Positions 1 to 7,927 of a DNA stretch of 64,000 bases are shown here, in pieces. The DNA is from a virus (Duplodnaviria; Caudoviricetes): the IMG/VR virus record IMGVR_UViG_3300038345_000144. One strand, 5' to 3'. A program made the position numbers and the translations under genes. The notes below the pieces were generated by a model that did no database searches, had not been told where the DNA came from, and was given only the letters and a program-made list of their open reading frames with translations. Each line of letters begins with the position of its first letter. The stretch's first letter is position 1.

Positions 1-17
1 GAAGCGGATGCAAACAT
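1..17 (-). CDS. 5' end of a gene running off the window
   Basis: ATG at 17 preceded by AAAGGAG; upstream TTGACC-N18-TATAAT promoter. Confidence 0.5.
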
Positions 18-113
18 AACTTTTTTATCTCCTTTCGTGATATTGTTTATATTATATTCAAAGAAAATATCGTTGGTCAATAGTGTGGTGACGATTTTTT
101 GTAAAATTTGAGT

Positions 114-178
114 ATGACCAAATAAATGACTAAATAATGACCCAATAAATGACCCAATAAAATTTATGATGATGACCT
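114..178. repeat. Phased ATGAC(C/T) direct repeats
   Basis: Copies at 114, 126, 137, 149, 172. Confidence 0.8.
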
Positions 179-639
179 TAAAATAAGCAATCATAATAAA
201 TAATAAAGGCAATAGTTAGTAGGAGGGCAAATAGGGATAAATAAAGAATATATATTATTGAATAGTGTGACATATTGTACTTTTTATTCCAAAAACAGGT
301 TTAACGATACTTTTTTTAACAAATCGTCAGTTTTAGTATCGTTAACGGCACTTTTACGCAGTTTCAAACAGATTTTCTGTTCAAATCTGATTTTCACTAT
401 AATCAGGAGTTTCAATACATCGTTAAAACGGTCAATTTTAGTGAAAGTTTAGTTAAAGAATAAAATATAACACCACCGTGTTATAGTAGACATTTTGAGG
501 GTAAAATAGGCACATATCACCGACATTTTGAGGGTACACTACATTACTCCACATTACGCTAAATGGTAATGTAAGGTAATGATTTAGCGTAGTATAAAAA
601 TACCGCTTGCTTTTTACTCTTTAGTGTATATAATCTAAA

Positions 640-732
640 TATGCTTATAGCACTCCTTCAAGCAAGGTATGTTTTTAGCAAGTTAGGTTGTTATTGGAAG
701 ACACTGCTTTGCAGAGTGGTGTCTTTTCTTTT
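640..732 (+). ncRNA. Putative small RNA A
   Basis: TTGCTT(607)-N16-TATAAT(629) promoter; terminator stem 698-725 with G-U pairs on + strand, then TTCTTTT; contains CACTCCTT; no SD-led ORF. Confidence 0.5.
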
Positions 733-737
733 GCAAA

Positions 738-929
738 TAAAAACCCCCGTATGTACGGGGAAAATTCATAAACATTTAGTCACCGAATTCCCAATTTCGA
801 GAAACCTCCGATAACGGAGAAGAGCAACACTGCAATTGCAAGCGTATATAGTGAGTGAAAAACCTCCGTACACGGAGAAAAGGGACCCAGAAATCAAGAA
901 GATAAGAAAAACCTCCACAACTGGAGAAC
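738..929 (-). CRISPR. Cas-less type I-E-like mini-array 1 (4 degenerate repeats, 3 spacers)
   Basis: Repeats start on + strand at 738, 799, 857, 906; minus-strand consensus TT-CTCCN-loop-NGGAG-GTTT(T/C)TC; unique spacers. Confidence 0.75.
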
Positions 930-935
930 AATAGA

Positions 936-1163
936 TTAGCCGTTAAGTTCAGCCCACTTTGCCATCATTTCGTCCCTGCGACCATCTGGATAGTTTGATG
1001 TTCCATAATAGAGATTGCCGTCAGCGTCACGATTATCAACTGTTGCTACGACAACATCTGCCTGCAACTTACTGCCATTCTCATTGGGCTTATATGTAGC
1101 ACATCCAATCGCACCTAAAGCAACGATGATAAGGATAATGATTGATATGATTGCCTTCTTCAT
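936..1163 (-). CDS. Small lipoprotein
   Basis: MKK, hydrophobic stretch, lipobox-like AIGC; SD AGAGGAG. Confidence 0.75.
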   Translation of the reverse strand: MKKAIISIIILIIVALGAIGCATYKPNENGSKLQADVVVATVDNRDADGNLYYGTSNYPDGRRDEMMAKWAELNG

Positions 1164-1432
1164 TTTAAGTTCTCCTCTGTGTGGTAAAAGCCTTTATTTT
1201 CAAGGACTTTAGCCTGTATTTTTCTCTCAAATGTAAGCAAATCATAGCATCTTTTTCTGGTGATGTAAATAGCAAAAACGGCTTTTTTTGCATTTGTAAT
1301 ATTACAATTTTATGTAGTTGTGGTTGCCCTGTTTTGACACCCCAATATATAGTGGTTGAGTGGTAAAAATGCCCTGAATTCAACTTCGTCATTCAACTGT
1401 TTAACTGCATCATTTGGGGCAAAATGACTAAA

Positions 1433-1521
1433 TTAAATAACCCCTGCTCACCCGCTTAATAGTGAACAGAGGTTATTAGGAAAGAGGTAATTATTCTATA
1501 TTATGAATAATCGAATAATAT
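1433..1521 (-). ncRNA. Putative small RNA B
   Basis: TTTACA(1556)-N17-TAGAAT(1533); terminator-like stem 1436-1477 with U-G pairs on minus strand; contains ACCUCUUUCCU. Confidence 0.5.
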
Positions 1522-1566
1522 ACTCCTATTCTACACTTGTAAACAGCATTTGTAAAGTAAAAATGA

Positions 1567-1646
1567 TAAAAACCCTGTCTATGACTACGACTTCATAAAC
1601 AGGGCGAAAGTAAGGAAAAAAGTTATGAATAATGAATAAGATATAT
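1567..1646 (-). ncRNA. Putative small RNA C (its terminator may also end the array 2 transcript)
   Basis: TATAAT at 1653-1658 with weak -35; CCCTGT...ACAGGG-TTTTT terminator; complementary to AAGTAAGGA-N8-ATG. Confidence 0.45.
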
Positions 1647-1700
1647 GCCTCTATTATAAGTGCTTTTTCTTAAAATGGAATAGGCAATTACAGACATATT

Positions 1701-1961
1701 AACAATCTCCGTACACGGAGAACTGGAGCAATAGCCTTGAAAAGAGTGCTCTTGCCGACTGAAAAACCTCCTATACAGGAGAAACATACATATACCTTAA
1801 TGGTCTTATTCAGAACGCTGGAAAAACCTCCAAACTGGAGAATAAACCCGAAGTCACTGACCACATATTTAGAGTCTTGAAAAACCCCCATAACGAGGAA
1901 CCATTGTTAATCCAACAACTGACCGTGTTGTTCTTGAGAAACCTCACAAGGCTGTGAGAAT
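1701..1961 (-). CRISPR. Cas-less type I-E-like mini-array 2 (5 degenerate repeats, 4 spacers)
   Basis: Repeats at 1701, 1761, 1821, 1879, 1936 (period 57-60 nt); same consensus as array 1; trailer repeat at 1701 has a degenerate handle. Confidence 0.8.
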
Positions 1962-2021
1962 GTTCTGATGAAATTCAAAACAATCAATGTTCATCTATCA
2001 TTATTAAATAGCCGTTAATAG

Positions 2022-2047
2022 AAAAGAGGCACTTGTGTACCTCTTTT
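2022..2047 (-). terminator. Intrinsic terminator (possibly bidirectional)
   Basis: AAAAGAGG...CCTCTTTT hairpin after the stop at 2050. Confidence 0.7.
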
Positions 2048-2049
2048 GA

Positions 2050-2205
2050 TTACTTCTGATTGGCTTTGAGTCCCTTTATCTCTTCTTCAAGTTCCTTGAT
2101 GATACCTACATAGTATTTCCACTGCCAGTGTACGATACATAAAGCGGCGATGCCCTCGATGGTCATTAAGATTAAAAATACATCACCAATATTAAGTTCT
2201 GTCAT
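2050..2205 (-). CDS. 51-aa membrane/coiled-coil peptide (not in ORF track)
   Basis: AGGAGG SD; MTELNIGDVFLILMTIEGIAALCIVHWQW... Confidence 0.65.
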   Translation of the reverse strand: MTELNIGDVFLILMTIEGIAALCIVHWQWKYYVGIIKELEEEIKGLKANQK

Positions 2206-2218
2206 TGTTTTTTCCTCC

Positions 2219-2758
2219 TTATGATAAGTTATACTTGGCTAACAACTTCTTCAGTTCGTTTTCTCTGCTCTTGAGTTCTGACTTCTCCCACTTGAGATTA
2301 CTCTTTGCTGTCTGTAAATCCTGTTCAGCCTTTTCTACATTCTTCTTCGTTCTGGCAATACGCTCTCTAACACGCAGGATTTCCTCGTACTTATAGAGAG
2401 TGGGCTTGTAGTCCTCGTCAGGCTCGCTGTAATTACGCTCTGGTGTGTCAAGGTAATTAGCAAAGTCAAACTTCGTAGGCTCGCCTACACGCTCATTAAC
2501 GAAGCCACGGAACGAACCCATTAAAGAAAACAGCGTCGGGTCATTCGGGTAGGGACAAGCATACAGATACTTGTGTGTCTTACGGCTCTCAACACAATAT
2601 AACCATAATACCTCGTCATCAAACGGTACAGGATGTATCTTGGTGTGTCCGATAATATAACCGCACTTTCTTACTACCTTAAATGCAGGGGTCTCATCTA
2701 TCTTGTCCTCTGTAAAAGGTGTTGTAATTACCTCAAAAATTGCCTCATTGATTGTCAT
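2219..2758 (-). CDS. Hypothetical protein with C-terminal coiled coil
   Basis: AAGGAGG SD; own promoter at 2791-2819. Confidence 0.75.
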   Translation of the reverse strand: MTINEAIFEVITTPFTEDKIDETPAFKVVRKCGYIIGHTKIHPVPFDDEVLWLYCVESRKTHKYLYACPYPNDPTLFSLMGSFRGFVNERVGEPTKFDFANYLDTPERNYSEPDEDYKPTLYKYEEILRVRERIARTKKNVEKAEQDLQTAKSNLKWEKSELKSRENELKKLLAKYNLS

Positions 2759-2790
2759 TTTTAGTGTCCTCCTTGACTGTTTGTGGCTTC

Positions 2791-2819
2791 AGTGTAGCAA
2801 CCCTAAAATCGCTTGTAAA
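2791..2819 (-). promoter_or_regulatory. Sigma-A-type promoter
   Basis: TTTACA-N17-TACACT. Confidence 0.7.
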
Positions 2820-2925
2820 GGGCAAAATACCCCTATACCTAAACCCTGTTAGTAAATCGTTGAAATTCGTTCTGGACTAACAAAATATTTGTATGGAATT
2901 CCCATCTGGACCCTTAAAAAATGAC

Positions 2926-3020
2926 AAAAGAAAAGAGGTGCTTCTTCAGCACCCCTTTCTCTATAATGGAGGTATTCGTGAATAAATATTCACAAATCGT
3001 AGGGTCGTTCACTCCCTACA
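2926..3020 (-). ncRNA. Putative small RNA D
   Basis: Extended -10 TGTTATAAT (hexamer 3027-3032); two hairpins, unpaired ACCUCC, terminator 2929-2960 with U-tract. Confidence 0.55.
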
Positions 3021-3037
3021 TATATGATTATAACACA

Positions 3038-3099
3038 TTTAACTCGTTTTTAACTCATCATTTAACTCGTTTTTAACTCAATCACTTCCATTTTAATTC
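3038..3099. repeat. Phased TTTAACTC repeats
   Basis: Copies at 3038, 3049, 3061, 3072; variant at 3092. Confidence 0.8.
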
Positions 3100-3119
3100 G
3101 CTCATCGAATTAAACAGCA

Positions 3120-3518
3120 TTACTCCTTGCAATAGTCTTGAAAGGTAATAGCGTGGTCTATGGTCAATAGGTAGGTAGCGTTTCTTTGTAATGTAGCCAT
3201 CTCCTCATAAAGGTACTGGTGCAATAGTTTCTTTGCTAACTCGTCATTTCGTTCCACCAATACTACTTCATCATTTTCTGGTTCCTCAAAATTAACCCTT
3301 AATGTAGAGATTGTAGGGTTGTTTTCAAAGTTTTTATTAACTATATGAACGGTCTTTCCCAAAGATACAGCATTATATATATCTGTGGGCATCTGCTCAA
3401 ATTTAGCATACCAACACTCTACAATAAAAAGGTGCTTGAGAGCATAAAGGTATCGGTAACAGGTTTGATTGTGTTCCTTTGCTACCTCGGTTACAATGTC
3501 ACCATACGATTTACTCAT
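3120..3518 (-). CDS. Hypothetical protein, paralog of 7928-8386
   Basis: Shared YG..V.EVAK.HNQ.CY and D.LAKK motifs; start adjusted to the SD. Confidence 0.7.
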   Translation of the reverse strand: MSKSYGDIVTEVAKEHNQTCYRYLYALKHLFIVECWYAKFEQMPTDIYNAVSLGKTVHIVNKNFENNPTISTLRVNFEEPENDEVVLVERNDELAKKLLHQYLYEEMATLQRNATYLLTIDHAITFQDYCKE

Positions 3519-3538
3519 AATCATTACTTCCTTTCTAA

Positions 3539-3655
3539 TAAAAAACTCCCCCACCCAAATCAACTAAAATTAGGTGAGGGAGTTCAATTAAGTTGTTATA
3601 TCAATGATAACTTATCCTCGGAGGTGTTGTAAATATGCAAAAAACATTTATTACC
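3539..3655 (-). ncRNA. Putative small RNA E or attenuator leader
   Basis: TATAAT at 3661-3666; contains CACCUCC (complement of GGAGGTG-N8-ATG); terminator 3544-3584 plus U-tract. Confidence 0.45.
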
Positions 3656-3769
3656 ACCGTATTATACTTTTTTAGTATCATACAACTGGATTATTAAAGG
3701 GTATTAAATGAAGAAAGTGCCTACCCGAATGGATAAGCACTCTCTTGTAGAAAGGAGATAATAGGTCAA

Positions 3770-4912
3770 TTAGATAACTGGATAATCTTTTGCTTCCTGC
3801 TTGGTCATAAAGAAATGAATTCCTGTTGAACATTCATTCCATCGGTTCGTATTAAAGTCGGGTTCACCAAACGCCAAACTTTTAACGGTTTTTCCAACAG
3901 TATAGATAAAGGTATCGTTATACCAAGCCCTAACCTTAATATCAGCAGGCAATTTGTTATCATTCATATCATAGAACCCAAGCACCTTAACAGCACTGGC
4001 TCTGCATTTTCTTCCCGTACCCGAACTTCTCTTGGCATTGGCGGGAATTTGAAGTTTAACTAATACTCCCTCTTTAGTGTGGCTATCCTTAACCCAGATT
4101 GCTTTTTTCCAAGCGACAAAAGCACCCTCTTCAGGACATATCATATGGTACTTAATATTAGTAACATTGTCTCCAATGCAAGCATTATCAAAGTTAGCAT
4201 CTTCCATATGTCCACAATCTATGTCAGCAAAAAACGCTTTAGTTAAGTTAGCACTGAAGAATTGTGAGGAAGTGATTATTGTCTTTCTAAATTGTGCTTC
4301 ACTTAAATTTGCCTCTATAAAATGACAACTTTTTAGGTTAGCATAATTAAAGACCGCCTTACTGCAATTAGCCTGATAGAATGAACAACATTCAAACACG
4401 GTCTGTTCCCGTGAAGAAATAAAGCAATCTATTGACATCATATTTGCCCCGCTAAATTTGACATCAAAAAGGTGGCATCCCCAAAATTTGGTAAAACCAC
4501 AAAAAGCATAGTTGAATTCACACAACCATATTTTAGTGGCTTCAAAGTGAGCGTCTGTAAATATAGCATATTTGAATATACACTTGTTAATCACACATTC
4601 TTCAAATGACGCACAGGTAAACATACAGCCATAAAACCAGCAAGAGTCATTAAAAACTGTCTGAACAAATCTTGCTTTATTAAAAATTACCTGGTCAAGT
4701 TTACAGTGAATAAATTTACAGTTCTCAAACAAACTGTAACTTAAATCTCGATAGTCTCTAAAATCAATATGCTCAAACACTTGATTTTTGAATGTGGCTC
4801 TTTTACCACCTTTTTCGTTATTCAACCACTTCTTATGGTTTTTAAGCACGGTGGCTAATGATTTCTTATCAATCGTTATATCTTCTGGTATATAATAAAA
4901 ATCATCACTCAT
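3770..4912 (-). CDS. Pentapeptide-repeat protein with C-terminal DUF5758-like domain
   Basis: A(N/D)(L/F)xx repeats; CPEEG.F..WKK...LQIPANAKRS...KCRAS...ECSTGIHFF. Confidence 0.85.
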   Translation of the reverse strand: MSDDFYYIPEDITIDKKSLATVLKNHKKWLNNEKGGKRATFKNQVFEHIDFRDYRDLSYSLFENCKFIHCKLDQVIFNKARFVQTVFNDSCWFYGCMFTCASFEECVINKCIFKYAIFTDAHFEATKIWLCEFNYAFCGFTKFWGCHLFDVKFSGANMMSIDCFISSREQTVFECCSFYQANCSKAVFNYANLKSCHFIEANLSEAQFRKTIITSSQFFSANLTKAFFADIDCGHMEDANFDNACIGDNVTNIKYHMICPEEGAFVAWKKAIWVKDSHTKEGVLVKLQIPANAKRSSGTGRKCRASAVKVLGFYDMNDNKLPADIKVRAWYNDTFIYTVGKTVKSLAFGEPDFNTNRWNECSTGIHFFMTKQEAKDYPVI

Positions 4913-5295
4913 TCTTCTTCTCCTTCCTCAAATACGGATTTCCATTCATCACCACAACCAACATAAGCCTTGAATACAACTCTAAAGCCTGCTTCAAGAT
5001 ACTTTTCGGTGATATATTCCATTGTTTTTAGTACATCTTGTGCCTGAACCTTTGCGAGACCAATGTTTCTTTCATCAACAGTTTCAAAAGTGTACCAACC
5101 AGCGTTTTTATCATCATAATTAACTTCATAGAGAATAGGCTCAAGGCTCTTTATTCTCTTCAGTTCGTCGCATACTTTAGTATATTCTTCACACAACTGG
5201 GTTACTGCCTGTTTTAATTCTGTAAAGCCAGTATCGTTGTCTGACTTGTCCTGTTCTTTTTTTCTTATTTCGGCTAAAATGGTGGCTACTCCCAT
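4909..5295 (-). CDS. Hypothetical protein
   Basis: SD; promoter TTTACA-N18-TATGAT at 5326-5355. Confidence 0.7.
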   Translation of the reverse strand: MGVATILAEIRKKEQDKSDNDTGFTELKQAVTQLCEEYTKVCDELKRIKSLEPILYEVNYDDKNAGWYTFETVDERNIGLAKVQAQDVLKTMEYITEKYLEAGFRVVFKAYVGCGDEWKSVFEEGEEE

Positions 5296-5417
5296 AAAAG
5301 TTCTCCTTTTTGTAATAATATCATTATCATACCAGTATATTTATAAACTTGTAAATAGCGAAAATAAAAATCCCACTACCTAATATAAGATAGCGGGATT
5401 TATTAAAGCGTATATTA

Positions 5418-6398
5418 TTACTCCTTTTTCGGAGGTCGGTCTATTCTCAAACCACATTCAGGGCAAAATTTCAAATCCTTAATGATACGAACAAGGCTTT
5501 TAGGAACTTTCCAGCCACAAGCAAAACACTGTAAGCCACCGTCTTCTTGTTCTATCAATTCCGTCTTTGGCTCGTTATTCATACGATTGTGCTTAATTAC
5601 CGAGCATACCGTAACGGTTCCACCTCGTAACTGGAAACCATATACATCTCGTATATCCCCACAAGAGCATTTACAACGCCACATATCAAAATGCCTGCCG
5701 TTTTCCATTGTCTTATCATCAATTTGCTGGATAACCGTTAACTCGCCATAGGTCTGTCCTACAAAGGTTTTATTTACGAGTCTTGGGTGGCGATTAGTAA
5801 AATAATCAGGGTGATTTCCTTTATTGCCACAATATGTAATTATAGTATCGTTAGGGTGGGTTAAATAACCCAGACTCTTTTGACAGGTATTACCACAGGA
5901 ACACTTACAATTCCATCGTTTTGTTTTCTCGTCAAAATCAAGAACCGTAAGTTCTCCAACCTTCAAACCTGATAAATTGTAACGAGGTTTTCTTTTTGCT
6001 ATATTACAGCACTTAACACACCCCGTAGACTGTCCTTTGAGTAGATTGTGATAAACTATATCACCCTCATTACCGCACTCACATTTACAGTGGCACATTC
6101 TGTATAATTGAGACTTATATTGTTTATCCCACATATACTGAACCGTCCACTTACCAAACTTCTTGCCCGTAAGGTCTTCAGCCTTTTTACGGGACTTTAT
6201 GCCCATACAGTCGTTACAGCCAGTTTTCTTACCTTCCACCAATAACTGTGTGTTGACAATTACCTCATTACCACAATCACACACGCAACGCCATTTAGAC
6301 GGAACCTGCTTGTTATTGGCTCGGCTACTTGGTATAAACTCGATAGGCGTAAGTTTACCAAATTTCTCATTTCTTAAATCTCTTTGAATTCTTCCCAT
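5418..6398 (-). CDS. Protein with four tandem Cys-rich Zn-binding modules and a C-terminal Zn ribbon
   Basis: 4x (F/Y/V)G.(L/W)T...C.C.CG modules of the kind found in phage HNH/AP2 proteins; CFACG...CPECG tail. Confidence 0.75.
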   Translation of the reverse strand: MGRIQRDLRNEKFGKLTPIEFIPSSRANNKQVPSKWRCVCDCGNEVIVNTQLLVEGKKTGCNDCMGIKSRKKAEDLTGKKFGKWTVQYMWDKQYKSQLYRMCHCKCECGNEGDIVYHNLLKGQSTGCVKCCNIAKRKPRYNLSGLKVGELTVLDFDEKTKRWNCKCSCGNTCQKSLGYLTHPNDTIITYCGNKGNHPDYFTNRHPRLVNKTFVGQTYGELTVIQQIDDKTMENGRHFDMWRCKCSCGDIRDVYGFQLRGGTVTVCSVIKHNRMNNEPKTELIEQEDGGLQCFACGWKVPKSLVRIIKDLKFCPECGLRIDRPPKKE

Positions 6399-6415
6399 AA
6401 AAATACCCCATTATT

Positions 6416-6832
6416 TTATCCTACATAACATTGTAGGGCTTTTTCTATTTTATGAATGAGTTTTGACTCACAACAAATTGCACCCCAACAGCGTATTTTG
6501 TGGTCAATATAAGTGTAAGTCTCCGACAGTTCCCATTCTTTTGATAGTATCATTTCAAATTGAGTGTGTTCACACAGATTACCTCTATTACCTACATAAA
6601 GGTATTTCCAGTGTCTCATTATTTTTACTAATTTACGCTTAAAATTTTCAAAATCTTCTGGAGTTATCATAAAATAAGATGGGTGTTCATCGAATAACTC
6701 ATCTTCTATAACTGATATTAGATACCAATTCTTAAAGGGTTCAATAGTAAGCGAATACTCTCCACTATTGGACCAATAAGACCATTTTCGTAAAGAAAAG
6801 TGGTTAATTTGGTTTACGAGTTCTTTATTCAT
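6416..6832 (-). CDS. Hypothetical protein
   Basis: Tightly packed ORF in operon. Confidence 0.6.
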   Translation of the reverse strand: MNKELVNQINHFSLRKWSYWSNSGEYSLTIEPFKNWYLISVIEDELFDEHPSYFMITPEDFENFKRKLVKIMRHWKYLYVGNRGNLCEHTQFEMILSKEWELSETYTYIDHKIRCWGAICCESKLIHKIEKALQCYVG

Positions 6833-6836
6833 TCGG

Positions 6837-7280
6837 TTATGCTCTCTTATCCTTTATCCATTTAGCATACTCTTGGGCTTCCTTGATTAAATCAACTTCT
6901 CGGAGGTCGCAAAGGTGCTGGTCATCACTAATCAAACAATTGATTAAGTCGTTAACCCTATCCGTGTGCCACTTTGCGGAGCGTCTGCTATCAAACAAAG
7001 GGTCTTGGCACTTTTTAGTCATTACCTGATAAGTAACATATGCAGGACCGCATCTTCTGATATACACATCATATATATTCCACTTTCTAAAGAAGATATG
7101 CACAATGGTATCGCCGTTTTCTGCTGTTGTGGAGTAGAACTGGCACTTTTCATCCATATCCTGATAGGTATTTCCTTTCAAACAACGGAAATACTCCAAA
7201 TTGTTAATGTTACGGGCATACTCAAAGGTATAATCATCAGGACACATAATAGCGTCTTCTATCCCTTTTATTGTTTTCAT
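6837..7280 (-). CDS. Hypothetical protein
   Basis: Operon packing, SD. Confidence 0.65.
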   Translation of the reverse strand: MKTIKGIEDAIMCPDDYTFEYARNINNLEYFRCLKGNTYQDMDEKCQFYSTTAENGDTIVHIFFRKWNIYDVYIRRCGPAYVTYQVMTKKCQDPLFDSRRSAKWHTDRVNDLINCLISDDQHLCDLREVDLIKEAQEYAKWIKDKRA

Positions 7281-7281
7281 A

Positions 7282-7629
7282 TTAAGTACCCTGCTCCTTT
7301 AACTTCTGCTTCTGTCTCTGTCGCTTTGTCAACTTCTTTTTACCTCTACCGTGAGGGAGTTCCTCTTCATAAGGACTATAAAACTCGGTATAGTCCATAT
7401 ATCCAAGTAAACCTCCAAGACCATTAACAAAAAAGCAAACCGTGGGGATTTCAAGCCCAAAAATAACACACCTTAAAAGAAACTTCATTGTTGAAGCATC
7501 GTTCTGTGTGTAATAAGCCCAGTAGCCTACGCCAATGGCTACTAATAAGATAGCCGTTGTCTTAAAGCCCTTAATGGCTTGTTCTTTATATCTCTTACAA
7601 GTAGGGTTAAGCGTTCTTTTATTACTCAT
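7282..7629 (-). CDS. 2-TM membrane protein, paralog of 7622-7909
   Basis: Shared KR.LN..C.R.K..AIK.F and YSPYEE motifs. Confidence 0.75.
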   Translation of the reverse strand: MSNKRTLNPTCKRYKEQAIKGFKTTAILLVAIGVGYWAYYTQNDASTMKFLLRCVIFGLEIPTVCFFVNGLGGLLGYMDYTEFYSPYEEELPHGRGKKKLTKRQRQKQKLKEQGT

Positions 7630-7909
7630 TCTCTGTTATCTCCTGCACTTCTTCATAAGGGCTGTAATACTTGGTATATGTAATGTATGCCAAAAGTCCC
7701 TTCATTCCCTCAACAAAGAAATGAATGACAGGCAACATTAAAATCACCAAAATACCATAGGTTATAAACTGGTTTTCCTTACCTACCTTTGTGAACAGTC
7801 CTACAAACCCGATAATAACAGGAATAAGACACGCTACTGTAATAGAGAAATTCTTGATAGCCGTGTCCTTATGTCGCTGACATACGGAATTCAGTTTTCT
7901 TTTACTCAT
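7622..7909 (-). CDS. 2-TM membrane protein, paralog of 7282-7629
   Basis: Tandem duplicate; GGAGG SD. Confidence 0.75.
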   Translation of the reverse strand: MSKRKLNSVCQRHKDTAIKNFSITVACLIPVIIGFVGLFTKVGKENQFITYGILVILMLPVIHFFVEGMKGLLAYITYTKYYSPYEEVQEITENE

Positions 7910-7927
7910 ATATATACCTCCAATAAA

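Noticed and set aside
258-1392. ORFs 258-452, 1015-1212, 1165-1392, 1181-1366
   Set aside because: No SD, they overlap repeat-rich or antisense sequence, and the composition is not protein-like
1688-1891. 67-aa ORF with a GKST motif
   Set aside because: It runs through array repeats, has no SD, and the motif is confined to one spacer
738-1961. TIGR-type array or simple tandem terminators
   Set aside because: The period is about 60 nt with one long spacer, not ~36-nt dual-spacer units. Regular spacing and a fixed 7-nt handle argue against stacked terminators, though this needs RNA data
738-1961. Self-targeting of spacers within this window
   Set aside because: I found no matching protospacer by eye; an exhaustive alignment was not possible
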